This document shows positions 11,943 to 24,800 of a stretch of DNA of 64,000 nt, piece by piece. Location: positions 90,917 to 154,916 of the forward strand of contig FLMG01000904.1 of NCBI GenBank assembly GCA_900088475.1, in the 5' to 3' direction. The translations under genes and the position numbers were made by a program. The DNA is from Hyphochytrium catenoides. Taxonomy: Eukaryota > Protista > Hyphochytriomycota. Within the stretch, counting starts at the first letter, position 1. Each line of letters starts with the position of its first letter. The notes beneath the pieces are model-generated. The model ran no database searches. It was given only the letters and a program-made list of their open reading frames with translations, and was not told where the DNA came from.

Positions 11943-14771
11943 TCAGAGATTGGCTAGGTTGTCTCCCTTCCTCAAGGTGTTACTTTCGTACTCTAGTGGC
12001 GCGCGGATAATGATTGGACAGGTGATGAGAGACAAGCGCCTCGCAATCATTCTGGTTCGGACAATGAGTCTATTGAGAGCTGAGGCAATGCATAGATGCA
12101 TAACCTGTCGGAAGAATAACGTGAAAGAGACAGGTTTCATTGACTGACTTTATTTAGGAGCTGAAGCATTTCGTAGGGCCTTGAAAAAGTAGCACTGAGA
12201 AGCCCTCGCTCGTGTTTCAGTTTAAGGACATCAGCTATTCTTTTTGCAGATCACCATCTGCACACTTCGTATAAGAAACAGAAGCTTCCCTTGAATCCTA
12301 GGCTCATGTACAGAAGCTAGTCGCTTTCCGAATAATACTTAAAGAGGCATCGCGCCGCAGGTTCTGTCACACGCACGTGTGTCAAAGACTGGATTGTTTA
12401 ATTGAGTACTTGGTTGAGCTTGATGATTTGTCTCAAACTTGACCGTTGCTTGGTGAAAATACCTCAGTTACCGGAGTAGCAGACCTGGGACTTTCTGCTG
12501 GGCTTGAACTGCCTCTTCCCGAATGAAGCTTTCGACGGCTTAGCTCCTCCGACTGCCATCGAATTGTCCTCATGTACTCTGCCTTTTCCTGCTCCCATGC
12601 CCGTTGCTTATTCTGAAGATCTCTGAGTGCGGCCTCTCGCTCGGATGTAGCTGTAACTAGCTGAGACAGAACATCTGCTACCCCGTCCGCAACGCGCGTC
12701 GAGAGTTCGGCCTCGGTGTCCACCTCTTTTGTTTGTAGCTGGAACTTGAGTTGGTTCACCTCGCCCTCCAGCCTCTGAATTTGCTGTCGTTGTAGCTCTA
12801 ATAAATCTAACTTTAGCTCAGTTGGCATTCCTTCTGACGAGCCATCCCGTGCTCTGACCTCACCACTATGGTGGATAGCCTTTTCCAACTCTAGAGCATC
12901 ACTATTCGGCAGACGACGCATGTCGGTGCAGCTTTGACTAGCTGCGATAAGTTCATCAACGTCCGACAGTAAAGTGCTGGAAATCGGTATAGCGCCCTCC
13001 TCTTCACATTCCGTCAAGCCACTAAGGGACACGCAGCTGGAGCTGGGAACAATGTCTTCACTCACCGTGCCGCTTTTCAAAAGAGAGTGTTCAGTTGAAT
13101 GCACCGTGATATCGCTACTGAGAGCTGGGCCAAATCGGTCCACCTCACGCCGAGACCCTTTTCCTTGTTTGGAGGGAGACTGCAGGGAAGTTGTTGACCA
13201 AGGTAGCTTAACCTGAGGAAGTAGTGGTTTGTTAGGTTAGTTCTACTGCCAACTAGTAAAAAGGACCGAAACTTCTTACACTTTCAAGCAGGATTGCTGG
13301 GTCTGGAGCTTCTATAGGCGTGTTCTCGCCAGCTGGCGGCACCGTAGATCCGTCCCAGGCCTCCAGTCCCTCTGGTAAAGCACCACTTTGAACTGCCTTC
13401 ATCCTTTCAAGCCAACGGTCCCTAAAGGCCCGAATGACACAGGCGATAACATCACGTGTCTTCGTATCTGTCACCATGAGCTCCACATACTTGTAGGCAT
13501 CGAAGTATATGGTAATCTTGCGACAATTCTCCGGATGAAGAATCACCTAGAGGAACAGTATTAGAGCCTTGTTATGTCTCCGTCCTCTTGATCTCACCCT
13601 TGTCGTGCAATACCTTGACGTCCTCTGTGTATTTGCTTTCCATTGGGGGTATGAGAGCATCCTGTGCTGCCAGGCGGATCCGGCGATAGTCACAGATAAT
13701 GCTCCAGCTAACATTTTCCAAGGGCATAGGAGGGCCTGCATTGCCAGTCGAGGTCTCGGATAAAGAGGTGCTCGTGCCACTTAGAGCTTTCCCTTGAACC
13801 GGCCTCTTGTCGTCCTTCCCTTGTGACAATCTATCTTCCTGTAAAGTTCTCATGCCCTATAATGGACAAAGCAAAGGTCAGCCTTTTTATCACATTAAAG
13901 GGGACATGGAGCTATGAAAAGAGAGGAACTTACTAGAAAGAGGGCCGACTTTTGGCATACGGCATCCTCGACTCGAGAGCGCACTTCAGGGTCTGCAGGA
14001 GAGGTAGTGAGTAGGGGTTGGCCCTCTACTCATAAAAGAAGCGTTTGATCGAAGGTCTCCTTACCGACAACAATAGGTCCTACCTCGGCAAAGCGCGTTT
14101 TATCCTGCATTTCTAGCTCCTTGCTGACGATATCAGTAGGAGCGCATCTTGCCAAAATGCAGGAGCCAATGTCGTCTGCGGAGGGCTGATACCAAGGCCC
14201 CGTAAGAGCTAGCGGGAGTTACCGCGAAATTGTTAGCTGGACAAGACGATCAAAGGGTACATCGCCTTCACCTACTTTCCAACTGGGTAAAATTGTCAGT
14301 GTTGGGGCAAGACCGGTACCACTGAAGCTCCACCCCTTCCTCTTTCGGGCTAAGAACACCCCCAGAGGACGTGGCGACCAGGACTTGAGAGCTTACTGGG
14401 CCCCCTTGGATGGTGAAATTATCCAAGACGAGCTTCAGTCTCTCTCTTCTGGAGGCAAGTTCTTGCTGTTGGGCAATCGAAGCAGTGTCTTGGAACGTAG
14501 CCTGGTAAGGGTACTCCGCAGTGCTGCTTCGTACGCCCAGGTCATCAGTAGTATAGGAAACCATCTTTTGAAGTGCACCAGGGTCAGACGGGCGTCGGCT
14601 TGCACGAGTCCCACCGATGGTGGAAGAGATGCTATGTCTCTTTGGAGAGCCCATAGTGGCGTATGACCTTGGAGGTTTTCCTTGATTCTTCCAGCCCCGG
14701 GCGGTGGGGGAACCCGATAAGCTGACTTTGTCCAGAAAGGATTGACACTCACGTCCGGCATCGTCCTTCAT
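11943..14771 (-). CDS. Hypothetical multi-exon protein with coiled-coil region and possible ubiquitin-like/RA-type segment
   Basis: ORFs 14268-14771, 13572-13853, 13253-13546, 12433-13143 and 11943-12140 are bounded by plausible splice sites. Heptad-like region LELQRQQIQRLEGEVNQLKFQLQ. The segment ITIYFDAYKYVELMVTDTKTRDVIACVIRAF has a beta-beta-alpha pattern. No family recognised. Confidence 0.6.
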
Positions 14772-16137
14772 GTTAGCAAATCCCTGAGCTTAGGCCGTTC
14801 AACCTAAGATGCTTGCTACGCTCTGGCAGTGGAAGGCTGTTACCCTACAAGTAGTTATCTACACACTGCCACTCAGCTGCCAATAGTGCGTCGTCAAGAA
14901 GGACTCCAGAGGCAAAGCGCGGTGGAAGGTTTGGTAGACCTGAGCAGTATGCTGGCCGGTGGTGGTAGGGAGAGTCTTATTTATGGTCTGCGCTTTTCTT
15001 TGGCTGTAGGCTTTGGTTTGCCACCCAGTGCCTTACTAAGAACATTTACTGGGATTAGCGCAAGCATAGGGGTCCTTCTCTTCGCTGACAAAAAGTGACT
15101 GGTGTTGCTTCCGGGTGTGTTACTTGGACCAACTCGTTGTCTCATCATCTAATTGCCTCTTTCTCATTCATCTCGCGTTTCCCGCTCACCGCTCTCTCTC
15201 TCCCCTTCCTCCCTCGACTTCCATCCCACGTCCTGTGGTGCGGCAGCATGAGATGGTTCCTCCTCTTGCCAGTTAGCCTAGGAACCCCTATCCGTCATCG
15301 CCATCATGTTGAAGCTCCATCACCTCCCAATCCCATGATTTATACTGCAGGCCGTCTCTCTGACACGCTATAGACAACAATGGTGAAACAACAAAGAGAC
15401 AGGAATATAAAATGTAACTAACCCAAGAGCTAGGTATTCAGAACGTTTACGGTTTACGTTGCAAACAAAAGCTCATATCGGTAGTCGGATCGGGAATAGG
15501 CTTTGCTGCCGTTGTCCATGGTGCGCAGTGGAGCTGTTTGGACAGAGGATTTGTGGCGGCAAAGTGGAATCTGTGAATGGCTTCTTTCATCATTCAATCT
15601 TCTCCTGCTGCGTGGGAGAACGACGCCGGCTGATGGAGTCAAGTCACCGTAGACATAGACGCCTGTCATAACGACGTAGTCTCTAGATCATCGCCAGCGG
15701 GCGTAGCTTTTTGCGACTAGCACTTGCTGTGTACCGCCCTTGTGTTCGGGCGTAGTCTTTGATCTTCCTTGCCTTCGACACTATGAACGTCTGCATCGCC
15801 CGTACTTCCAATTTAACACCACAAATCCCCTGTCGAACAGTAACCCTGCACACCCATAGACCACGGCATCGGAGAGTGAGGGGCTCAAGATCGCGAAGGG
15901 TACGACCTTTCAGGTGTGGGCTGAAGCTGAACGAAGGGTCAAAGACTACAGCGCGGGTACACAGCGCGGGTACACCTATCTTTCAGAATAGCAAACGGTT
16001 GTGCACTTAACCAAAAAAACGTTACGCCGCGATGTTAGAGAGACCATGTAGTTGTGACAGGTGTCCACAGTATTTGCTTGAGTACGTATACTTCACATGA
16101 AGTCTACAGGCAGAAACACATTATGACCCGAAATGGG

Positions 16138-17024
16138 TCACGATATGGAGGGAGAGGTCTCGCTCCAGGGCACTGAGGAAGGTATACTCTCCGCCACGGC
16201 CTCGGGAGGTACTTCACGAATATACTTCTTCCAGACACTGACCCATTTTGGGTCATAATGAAGTTCTGCGTGTGCGTCCTTGTCCGAGGTATATTGCTGT
16301 GTGGTGCTGAGGAGAATGTACTCTCCGTCTACGGTCTCGTGGAGGTACTTCAAGGAACGTATGAAGACCTATTGTTGGACTCACGGTCCGGCACCTCCTC
16401 AAATACGGTCTTTGATGTACCTTCAAGAGAACGTTGGCGCCTGTGCCTCCTAGTTCGAGCTATATATATACTTTTCCGAGCCTTTCTTGCAGAGTATAGA
16501 GACCACTATACCCTGTTCAATTTTAGCTGTTGACCAGGTGGTGCCATCAGTAGAGGAAGCGTTAGTGATTGGAGAAGGATACCACAAGAGCCTGGACCCA
16601 ATTGAAGAGGCAGTGGCCTGGTATTGACGCTTTCTGTAGGCTTTGGATCAAACAGGTGACAAGATAGTCAACCATATTAGGATTTGATGTTTTTAAATGA
16701 AAGATGCTTGCAGAGGAGAGTCAGGTGACCTTGCCTTTCTCAACTCTACGAGCTGTGCTGTCAAAGTGACCCAATCCAAATATCCAGCAACCTAGTTGGG
16801 GGTGCCTGGTTCGGCGCTTTGGAAGAGAGTATGTAGTCATTTGCTAGTGACGACAGAGTCCATGATGGATCTAGCCCTTGAGCGTTCTTCCATCTTCCAG
16901 TCTCCTCATCAGGCCAGCGAAGATCGTTCGGCCCCAAGGAGAGGACTCCTACGGCTTGTATTGGGGCTGATACCTCTGTGCGTCTGAACCTGATGATCGA
17001 GACAGGAGATAATGAGGCAGTCAT
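16138..17024 (-). pseudogene. Possible decayed spliced coding relic
   Basis: ORFs 16761-17024 and 16138-16353 join in one frame through a putative GT-AG intron (~16641-16729), with about 8 internal stops and protein-like composition. Stop density is only modestly below random expectation, so support is weak. Confidence 0.25.
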
Positions 17025-19011
17025 GGCTCACGGATAGTAGAGTGGAGGGAGCTGTCCTTTTGGTTCTGTGGCTGCTTCGTAGGCAGCCAGGCTTGAAATG
17101 CCCACATTCAAATTCACCGCATGGCATCTATCGCCATGCTCACTTGCCAAGACATCGCAGCATCACCACATATCTACCCTGCTTGGTGTGCTCTACCTAC
17201 GCTAACCTGTACCACGGAGCACGGAGCGGGCGCTACTCATAATATCCTCTGCTCATCTGCGAACCCCAGAGACGCTGACTGATGGAGACCTCTCCATGAA
17301 GGAAGCGACGCGGTCCCTTCTCGTCAACAGGGTCAGGACTCTGCGGACTCCGTCTTGTCTCCTTCTGCTGGGATAATTTTGTTACTTGCAGGTATCTGAA
17401 GTATACTCTCGGGGAGGCGAGATATCAAAGCACCTTCCACTGCGTTCTACTTCCCTCTTATCCTTAAAGACTCTAGACATTGGCTTCGGATAACAATGGA
17501 TGTCGGGACCTCGACAAGGCATTTTGGAGATTCGCTCAGGCTACGGTTAGCGGAGTGAGTTTATCTTGAAGCTTGAGGGTGCCTCTTATTTGCATCTCGA
17601 AGTGGTTTGTGCCACCTCAGTTGATGGACCCTTTCTTCTATAGAAACTAAATCACTGGGACTAACTTCTAGACTATTCGAGGCGCGCTTGCGAACCTCCT
17701 TCGAGGACTAAAGATTCTGGGGATCAGAGCACGAGACAATGTACGACCAAAGTCATCAACAAGGGGTGTAGAGAATCACCATCAAACTCGGGTAAGCTAT
17801 GGGGTTCTGCCTCTTCCGTGCTTCTGCACAGAGATTGTGCCGGAAGACTGGTCTGGGGAACTCAATGATTGTCAGATCGGCCATCTACCTTGACCTCAGA
17901 ATAGCCCTCAGGCTTCTTTGGATTTGATCCTCTTCTAGAGATGGGCATTGCATGTCTATGGTCAAACTGTCTATCCATAGCAGGAGAAGACAGAACAGGC
18001 TGTTCGGGGTAGATTGAAGTAATAAATGAAGCGGGCACAGCCAGAGAGTAGGTCATAGGGCAGCAAGGTGGATTTGGAGAGAACCACACTGATGATTAAT
18101 GAAGGATGATCAGACTTGGCGATCTCGGCTTTTCTTGGAGAGTGCAAAATTGTCGAAAGCTGTCGGAAGAGCGTCCTGAAGATCTGGGCCTCCCGAAAGG
18201 GGCGAGTATGCTCTCATTGGAGAGAAGGCAGAATCATAAAATCTGTCAGAAAAGCATCCTGTCCCGCGACGACGATCAGAGAATGATCATTCAGAAAGTG
18301 ATGAGTCAGCAGTCGACGGCCGAGAAATAGGAGAGGAAGAGTAGCTAGGGTCTCACTGATGATTGGGGAAGAAGGCGATCTAGAGGCTTCATTTGAGGTG
18401 TCAATATAGGCAGCAGTTAAGAGCGCCTTGATAGTACGGCCGTGTTGTTGGCCTGTGACGAATCTGGCAAGGTGACCTCCATCTAGAGATTGGAACTTTG
18501 AGTTTGAGCACCATCCGCCCGCCCCGCGCCACATGCTTACGCCGGTTGTTGTCGGAAAAGGCGCCTATTATGATGGAAGCAGGCACCACAACTCTTACGA
18601 GCAGAGAGGGAGTTACTGATGTCCTTGACCGTCCGCGGATCAATGCCCCTTCGGGAGTAGAAGAAGGCTGACGTGATGATGTGCGGTTGGATTTAGGTCT
18701 AAGATTCTGTTGTGTGCTGGTTATCGACCGCTTATCTTATTGTTGTAAGGCTTACTGTAGCAGTTCTATGGCGACCAGAGTTATGGAGTTTATTACCAAA
18801 GGTTAATGCCAAGAAACGAGTTTGCCATAGAACTTGAATGACGAGCACCCTCGTCTTTCCCGTGCTACTTTGATGCGCAGGAATCTGTCTGTCCGGTCTC
18901 AACTGCTGATGATTCCATTGATCAACTCCTTCTGTCCATCAGCAGAGGTGGACAACTAGGCAGGCAAAGGAGAAAGACAGGAGACAAAAGACAACCCTAA
19001 CCCAGACCAAA

Positions 19012-19619
19012 ATGTCGCTTCTTACCTGTCGCGAGCTGACACGGATTCCCCTTGGCCTATTTCGTAGGCTACAGAACCGACCATTTATTCGAAACTTAGG
19101 AGAGCGCGCTCCGCCGGTTCGTTGGGCCAGAGATCACTCCTCAACCTCGTCGTTCGGAACGCCCCTACATCCTTTGTCTGACGTCGTCCTTTCAAGAATA
19201 AGGCAGCTGAACAAGTCTTGGTTCCAAGAGGTGATGACTTCGGGCTTCAGCCTTCGCACTTATATAAGCGCTAATGACTTCACCCGTCCTGCCCGCTGTG
19301 AACCTAAGGATCAGGTCAAGGTCTATAAAGATGGAACATTTGAACTGGAAGTGATGTTACAAGGGCAAGACAACCCCACCATCATCAAGACGTTCTACGA
19401 TCTGGAGGACCGCAGTCATTATCTGCTATATCGAAGCTCGCTTCGACAGGGCGCTTTTACCCTCATGGATGGCACCAAGAACGCTTGGCAGCCCGCCTTT
19501 GACCACGGAAAGGTAAGGAGATTATCTCAATCCCTAAGCCTGCAGAGACCAAGTTACCTGTTACGATACAGATCATTCAAGCGGTCGACTCCCTGGCTGA
19601 AGAAATGGAGAAGGAGTAG
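19012..19619 (+). CDS. Hypothetical protein with mitochondrial-type presequence (3 exons)
   Basis: Arg-rich, acid-poor N-terminus. Introns at ~19231-19308 and ~19513-19571 give ...HPLSDVVLSRIRQLNKSWFQE|DQVKVYKDGTFEL...LMDGTKNAWQPAFDHGK|IIQAVDSLAEEMEKE*. Confidence 0.7.
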
Positions 19620-19674
19620 CTCTTGGGTAACAATGATAGACAACCTGGCATTCTAGGCTTGGGCGATGGAATAT

Positions 19675-20695
19675 TTATTTCTTTAGGGGTTCGCACTCCA
19701 GACAGCAACGGGTATGATGCTCAACTCTGCTGGGGTTGTGGTGCTGTTCTCCTGTTTCTATACTGGACAGAGTTATCTGTTCCCAGGAGTCTCTATGTAG
19801 AAAGCTCAGGATATACATCCATAACTCTTTAGGTATATCCTGGTAGCTTTCTCCGACGGTCTCTTTAGCCGGTTCTATGATCTCTCCCAGAGCTTGAATT
19901 CCGTCGTTGTGGATTCCGTCTGTATGTGTTCGAGGCCAGGCGACGTGCACAAGCAAGAGGGTCCTCACCATGACCCGGAAAGTCCTTGGAAAGAGATGAT
20001 GGTTATGTTCGCTCCAAGGCTCAGCTGCTTTATCTAGCACTTGGGCACAGCTATGAGATATAGCTTCCCGAGCGATATCTGCCGCGGTTTGTCCTGCTTT
20101 ACTTCTGTCAAAGGGTGATGCGCCAAGTCGTAAAAGGATCCGCACAACGGCCTCGTCGTGGCCCCTAGCGGCATGCATCAGCACCGTTTGTCCCTTGATA
20201 TCCTTTCGACGAAGGTCAGCTCCTGCTTGCACCAGCTGCATGAGCACGTTCGGTGCGCGGGCAAACATGACTCCCGTCTCGCAAGAATCATTCGTTGCGT
20301 CTATCGACGCCCCATGTGATAGTAGAAGCGCGATTCCACCAGTGTTCCCTGCCGCTATCGCAGCCATCAAGGCTGTCCTTCCGCGACTGTAGCGGAAGTT
20401 CACATCCGCTCCGGCAGCGATGAGCTCCTTTGCGAGGTCGTTGCGACCTAGCAATGAAGATGTTATAAAGACGACACTCTTATCTACCGAAGAAGCATAG
20501 TGTTCATTCTTAACACTTACCAGTCTGTAGGCTGTGCATAAGTTTGATGTTGATTGGGGATTGAGTCAGGGGTAAGCGTGGAAAGGGGACAATCCCAGAA
20601 GAGTTTCTTCTCCGCCATATTGCTGATCGAAAGCGATGTATTATCCTCGCATGCAAAGATCTTTTTCGGGCGATAGGGTGGCTACCGATACTCAT
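19675..20695 (-). CDS. Ankyrin-repeat protein with C-terminal F-box-like motif
   Basis: About 4 ankyrin repeats (GADVNFRYSRGRTALMAA, GQTVLMHAARG, GQTAADIA). C-terminal WSEHNHHLFPRTFR...LLL and DIPKELWMYILSF. One 5' intron; the start codon could be 20695 or 20539. Confidence 0.8.
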
Positions 20696-21067
20696 CGCTA
20701 GTCTAACAGTACGAACCGCACCTCTGGTCAAACTTCCGTCGCAGAGATCAGGCTAATGTCCTCTGTTTACCCTTAATACGGAGTCAAAGAGTCAAAAGCG
20801 AATTGCGGAACAGGTGGCGGAGTCGTTGGTCTTAATTGTCACGTTAGTGCATCATATGCAAGCTCATCACTCGACTTGCCCTGGGCCTGGAAGTGAGATC
20901 TGAAGGAGGATAGTAGCCGAAGGATGATGGCATTCCAGAGGTTGAAAGGAGGCGGGAACAGCTAATGGACAATCCGCCGAGGTCTCTCATCAGCGAAAGA
21001 AGCGCCGTATGAAGGAAGAAAGATAGCAGAGGAGGCGACGCGAAGCGAGGCGCAGAAAGAGGAGGAG

Positions 21068-21091
21068 GCAGCCGCAGCCGCAGCCGCAGCC

Positions 21092-21126
<35 letters not shown>
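21068..21126. repeat. (GCAGCC)n-(GCA)n microsatellite
   Basis: Directly visible: about 4 GCAGCC hexamers followed by about 11 GCA units, between two divergent genes. Confidence 0.95.
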
Positions 21127-21127
<1 letters not shown>

Positions 21128-21864
21128 CTTCTTTGAGAATCCAAACCATCAACGGCTTCGTTGTCTCGAACATCGAATTGTAGTAATAATATCCGCTGAT
21201 GCCGTATTCTCAATCCATAGTACCCTGGGGCTACAACATAGTAATATTTCCTACTGGGATATTATGCTCCGAAGCCGTTTCATCAGACCAAGACTCATCC
21301 GTTACCCAGGATATCTGTATTACCCATGTATCTATAACAAAGAGTAGAATGGAAGACAGCTTGAATGGGTGGGGCCCATGGGTTCGGAACATCATCCTGT
21401 TTTGCCTTGTGTCCTTTCATCGCTTCCTCCTCCCAACCAGTGCCTTCATTCGCTCGCAGCAGCACGGGTGAGGAGGACTAGCCCGCGATGCAGACAGGAC
21501 GTCGGGCAAGGCACAGCGCAGGTCGTAAAGACTTGAGTACGGGGATGAGCAAGTGGAAAGGCGCCATGGCTGCGGGGAAACGTAGAATATTAGGACAGTG
21601 TAAACATGATGGCATCACACCTAATGTAAGCTTCATAGTCAGCCCAGCATCAGCAGCACGGGCGGCTCACTTTCCTCGGCGCCATTGCCTGGTTGACCAT
21701 GAGGGAGATTAGCGAGGTTGATAAGTGCATATTGGGGTCCAGGGACCACAACGTGTGGAAAGAGATAGTGCTATTTGGTGTGGCTCTGACAATATGACTA
21801 CTTCATGAGCCCAGTGATGTGAGCCACACAGAAGCCTAGGTGAAGCACCTGGAAGTGAGGGAGG

Positions 21865-24800
21865 ATGTTGCCAGCTATTCCAGTGTCCTCCAAGAATCAG
21901 GACGACTCAGAGATCCGGCCGCACCATGAACCACTCTCGTAAGTCTTTTGGGCTGTAGCAAGGTGGACAAGAGACCGACAGAATGAGAAGATAAGAGCGC
22001 AAACCCTCATTCACTGCACTTCTACAGCCCAGGCAAGAAGAAAGCCCCCAACAGGCACGACAAGATGTCAGCTGAATGGCTTCTGGACAAGGACTTCCAA
22101 CGCCGGGGTGCACAATTGCGAAGAGAGGTGGAGCAGAAGAAGAGGGAGATATCGCCTGACACGGCGGCAACTTTTGTCCATGGTCGTAACACAGCTTTCA
22201 TAGATCGGCATTCAGAAGAGAAATGGAAGAATATTATGCTCCTGGTAGGGTCCTCCTGATCTCCTTTCTCTCTTTCTATTCTTGGGCCTTGTCACATCTG
22301 GCGTCAATCATGACTCTTATACTTCACGACGACCGTCTCTTATAGTAATGAACTTGGTTGCCAAAGGACGCTTCTCGTCCATAGGCAGTATCTTCTTTTG
22401 ACGACTCCTTCTGCCTAACGTTCAAGTTGACTTTGCCCATCCCCTACTACGTCTTGTAGTGCAGTCTCTTGGACTGTTCACTCCTTACTGCCCGTGTGCT
22501 TTTGCTTTCACTGCAAGATGAGGCTTCCTAAAACCTATCACTAACTGCAAGTTCGCTAGCATCCGTATCTGAATAAAGGCCCTCGCAGGAAAGTCTCCCT
22601 TGGTGGGACGCCCAATGTAAGTGCTTCAAAGATGTGGGGGTACAAAGGCCGCCAAGAGGAGTAAAGTGTCGAAGAATCAGAATGAGGCTGAGGGTTGGGA
22701 AGGAAGAAATGAGAAAGAGCTAGCACAGGAAGCGACAAGAGTACAGAGAAAGGGACAACAGCTAAAAGAATCATAGGTCAGGGTTCCAAGGGAGCTAACA
22801 CTCCCTTACCCCTTCAGGGCCTCTTCGAGCAGTTCTCCAAAGCGGAATCAAAACCAAAGATGCGCTCAGCACGCTTCTCAACGGTGATGCGACTTGCCTT
22901 TGGTCTAGATCCGACTGGAAGTGACCAGCAACACACACATGGAAGAGGAGGCGAAGAGGCATATCGGGGACGACCCGGAGTAGAAGAAGAGGACTACCGG
23001 CAGCAGGAGTGGGGGAGAGCGGAGGCCCGACATTACCTTCACAAGTATTTAGAAGCTGCAGACGTGTCCGACAATGAGACCATCGTTCAGCAGGATCAAC
23101 TCGACTGGCGAGCTTTCATCTGCATACTGAGGTACTGTTTGCACGCCATCTTTCTAATTTCTAGAGGCCGTGCNNNNNNNNNNNNNNNNNNNNNNNNNNN
23201 NNNNNNNNNNNNNNNNNNNNNNNNNNNNNNNNNNNNNNNNNNNNNNNNNNNNCCGACTCTTTCCTTGCGCGAAGCGCTTCTCTGGTTCTTCTGTGTCTAC
23301 GCCTCGGAAACATTTCTGAATCTTGAAGAAATCAGCAAAGGAGTGATCGCCAGGTATTGTCCCTTTCATCCTCCAAGACTTGGCGTGTTCCAGGCTCGTG
23401 TTTGCCTTCAACCTGAGTTTGTCTCCTTTAGTCTTAAAATGTTGAGTTCTTGCTTACGTTGCATTTTAAACTGATTTCCTCATCATCTGCACCTACCGAC
23501 CGCTCTTGCGATGTTACCCCGTGAGCAGCGGTAACGCGGATGGTGTCCATGACTACTCTACATCTATGGTGCCCTTGCTTCGCTTATGATTCCCTTCCCT
23601 TCTGTCCACGCACCATTTTATTCGCTGACTACAGAGAAAGGGTTGAAGTCATTTGCAAAATCCTGCTGGGCAGCACAAAGCAGAAGGAGGCTCTCATGGC
23701 ACAGGTGCACTGTAGGCCTCTGCACTGTCAAACTCAAAAGACGGACCTTGAACGTTACTCTCCCTTACGCCCCATCATATACAACATACCTTCTACATAT
23801 CTCGTCATAGCTTTGACCAAAGATCTGTCTTCCCTTCTGGTCGTCTTCGCTCCATCGAGATAGGTGGAAGAGGGCTGGCAGCACGTGTATGCAAGCATCA
23901 AGAACCCGCCAAAAGACCTCACAACGAGGACCAGCTATCGCGTTTTTGTGACTTTGCTAGAATCTCCACCGTTAAAGAGGCTTCTAGGTTCTGGGACCAA
24001 CGATGGTACGGTCCCAAAGATGGCCGACTATTTTAGTCCAGAGCTCAGGTATCGTCCCAGCCGTCACCTGAAACAGTTTATAACCCTATCTGTTTTTTAT
24101 TCGTGCTCTTGCTGGCCAGGCCGGGTGGTCTCTATGTCTTCTCTCCTATGTTGGTCTCCTTGCATGCGTGGCCTCTTCCTTCTGCACTCGTTCCTGTCCT
24201 TCGGCAGCTCTACGTCGTTCTCATGAGTTATGTCTGCTCATTGGTCCTAGTTCATCTCAAACCTTTCCTTGCTTTTGCCCTTCTTTCCAACGTTTCCCTA
24301 TTCACATTCAAGCTGTCTGCGCACTTGAGCTATCTTTGTTTACCTGGGATTGCATAAATTCGCCCAATATGTCTGATGAGCGGGTTTCTGGTATTTTCTG
24401 CTTGACGTTTCTATCAGGTGCCTGTTCAGAGCGTGACTCCTTTCTTGTTGTACGTGTAGGAGGTTTATAGCCAGAAAAGTTCGCCGGTCCTACAACCTTG
24501 CCAATGCTGCTAAACTTCAGGTGGATTTTTGTTGCAGAAAAGTAAAGACGGTAGGTATTGGGGAGTCTGTCGCCGACGAGTGCTCAGGGTTAGACGAAGT
24601 AAAGTCTCAGTGGGTTAAACTTCGCTAGACTATGCTAGGCGCTTGAAAGGAAAGGGTAGGAAGAGCGATAAGTGGTGGAAGTGATACCCTATTATGGGAC
24701 TTTTAACTTTGCCACAACAGTCCTTCAGTCACTGGCGGTATATCACCATCATAAGGCGGAAAGCTCGAAAACGTGTGACGAACGTTGTCGCACGTTACGA

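Noticed and set aside
16138-17024. Argument that relic stops prove C-to-T hypermutation or U-to-C editing
   Set aside because: Every stop codon is one C-to-T change from CAA, CAG or CGA, so this is circular without an intact homologue to align.
20844-21213. Poly-Ala and poly-Leu ORFs
   Set aside because: Produced by the GCA repeat, with no other sign of coding.
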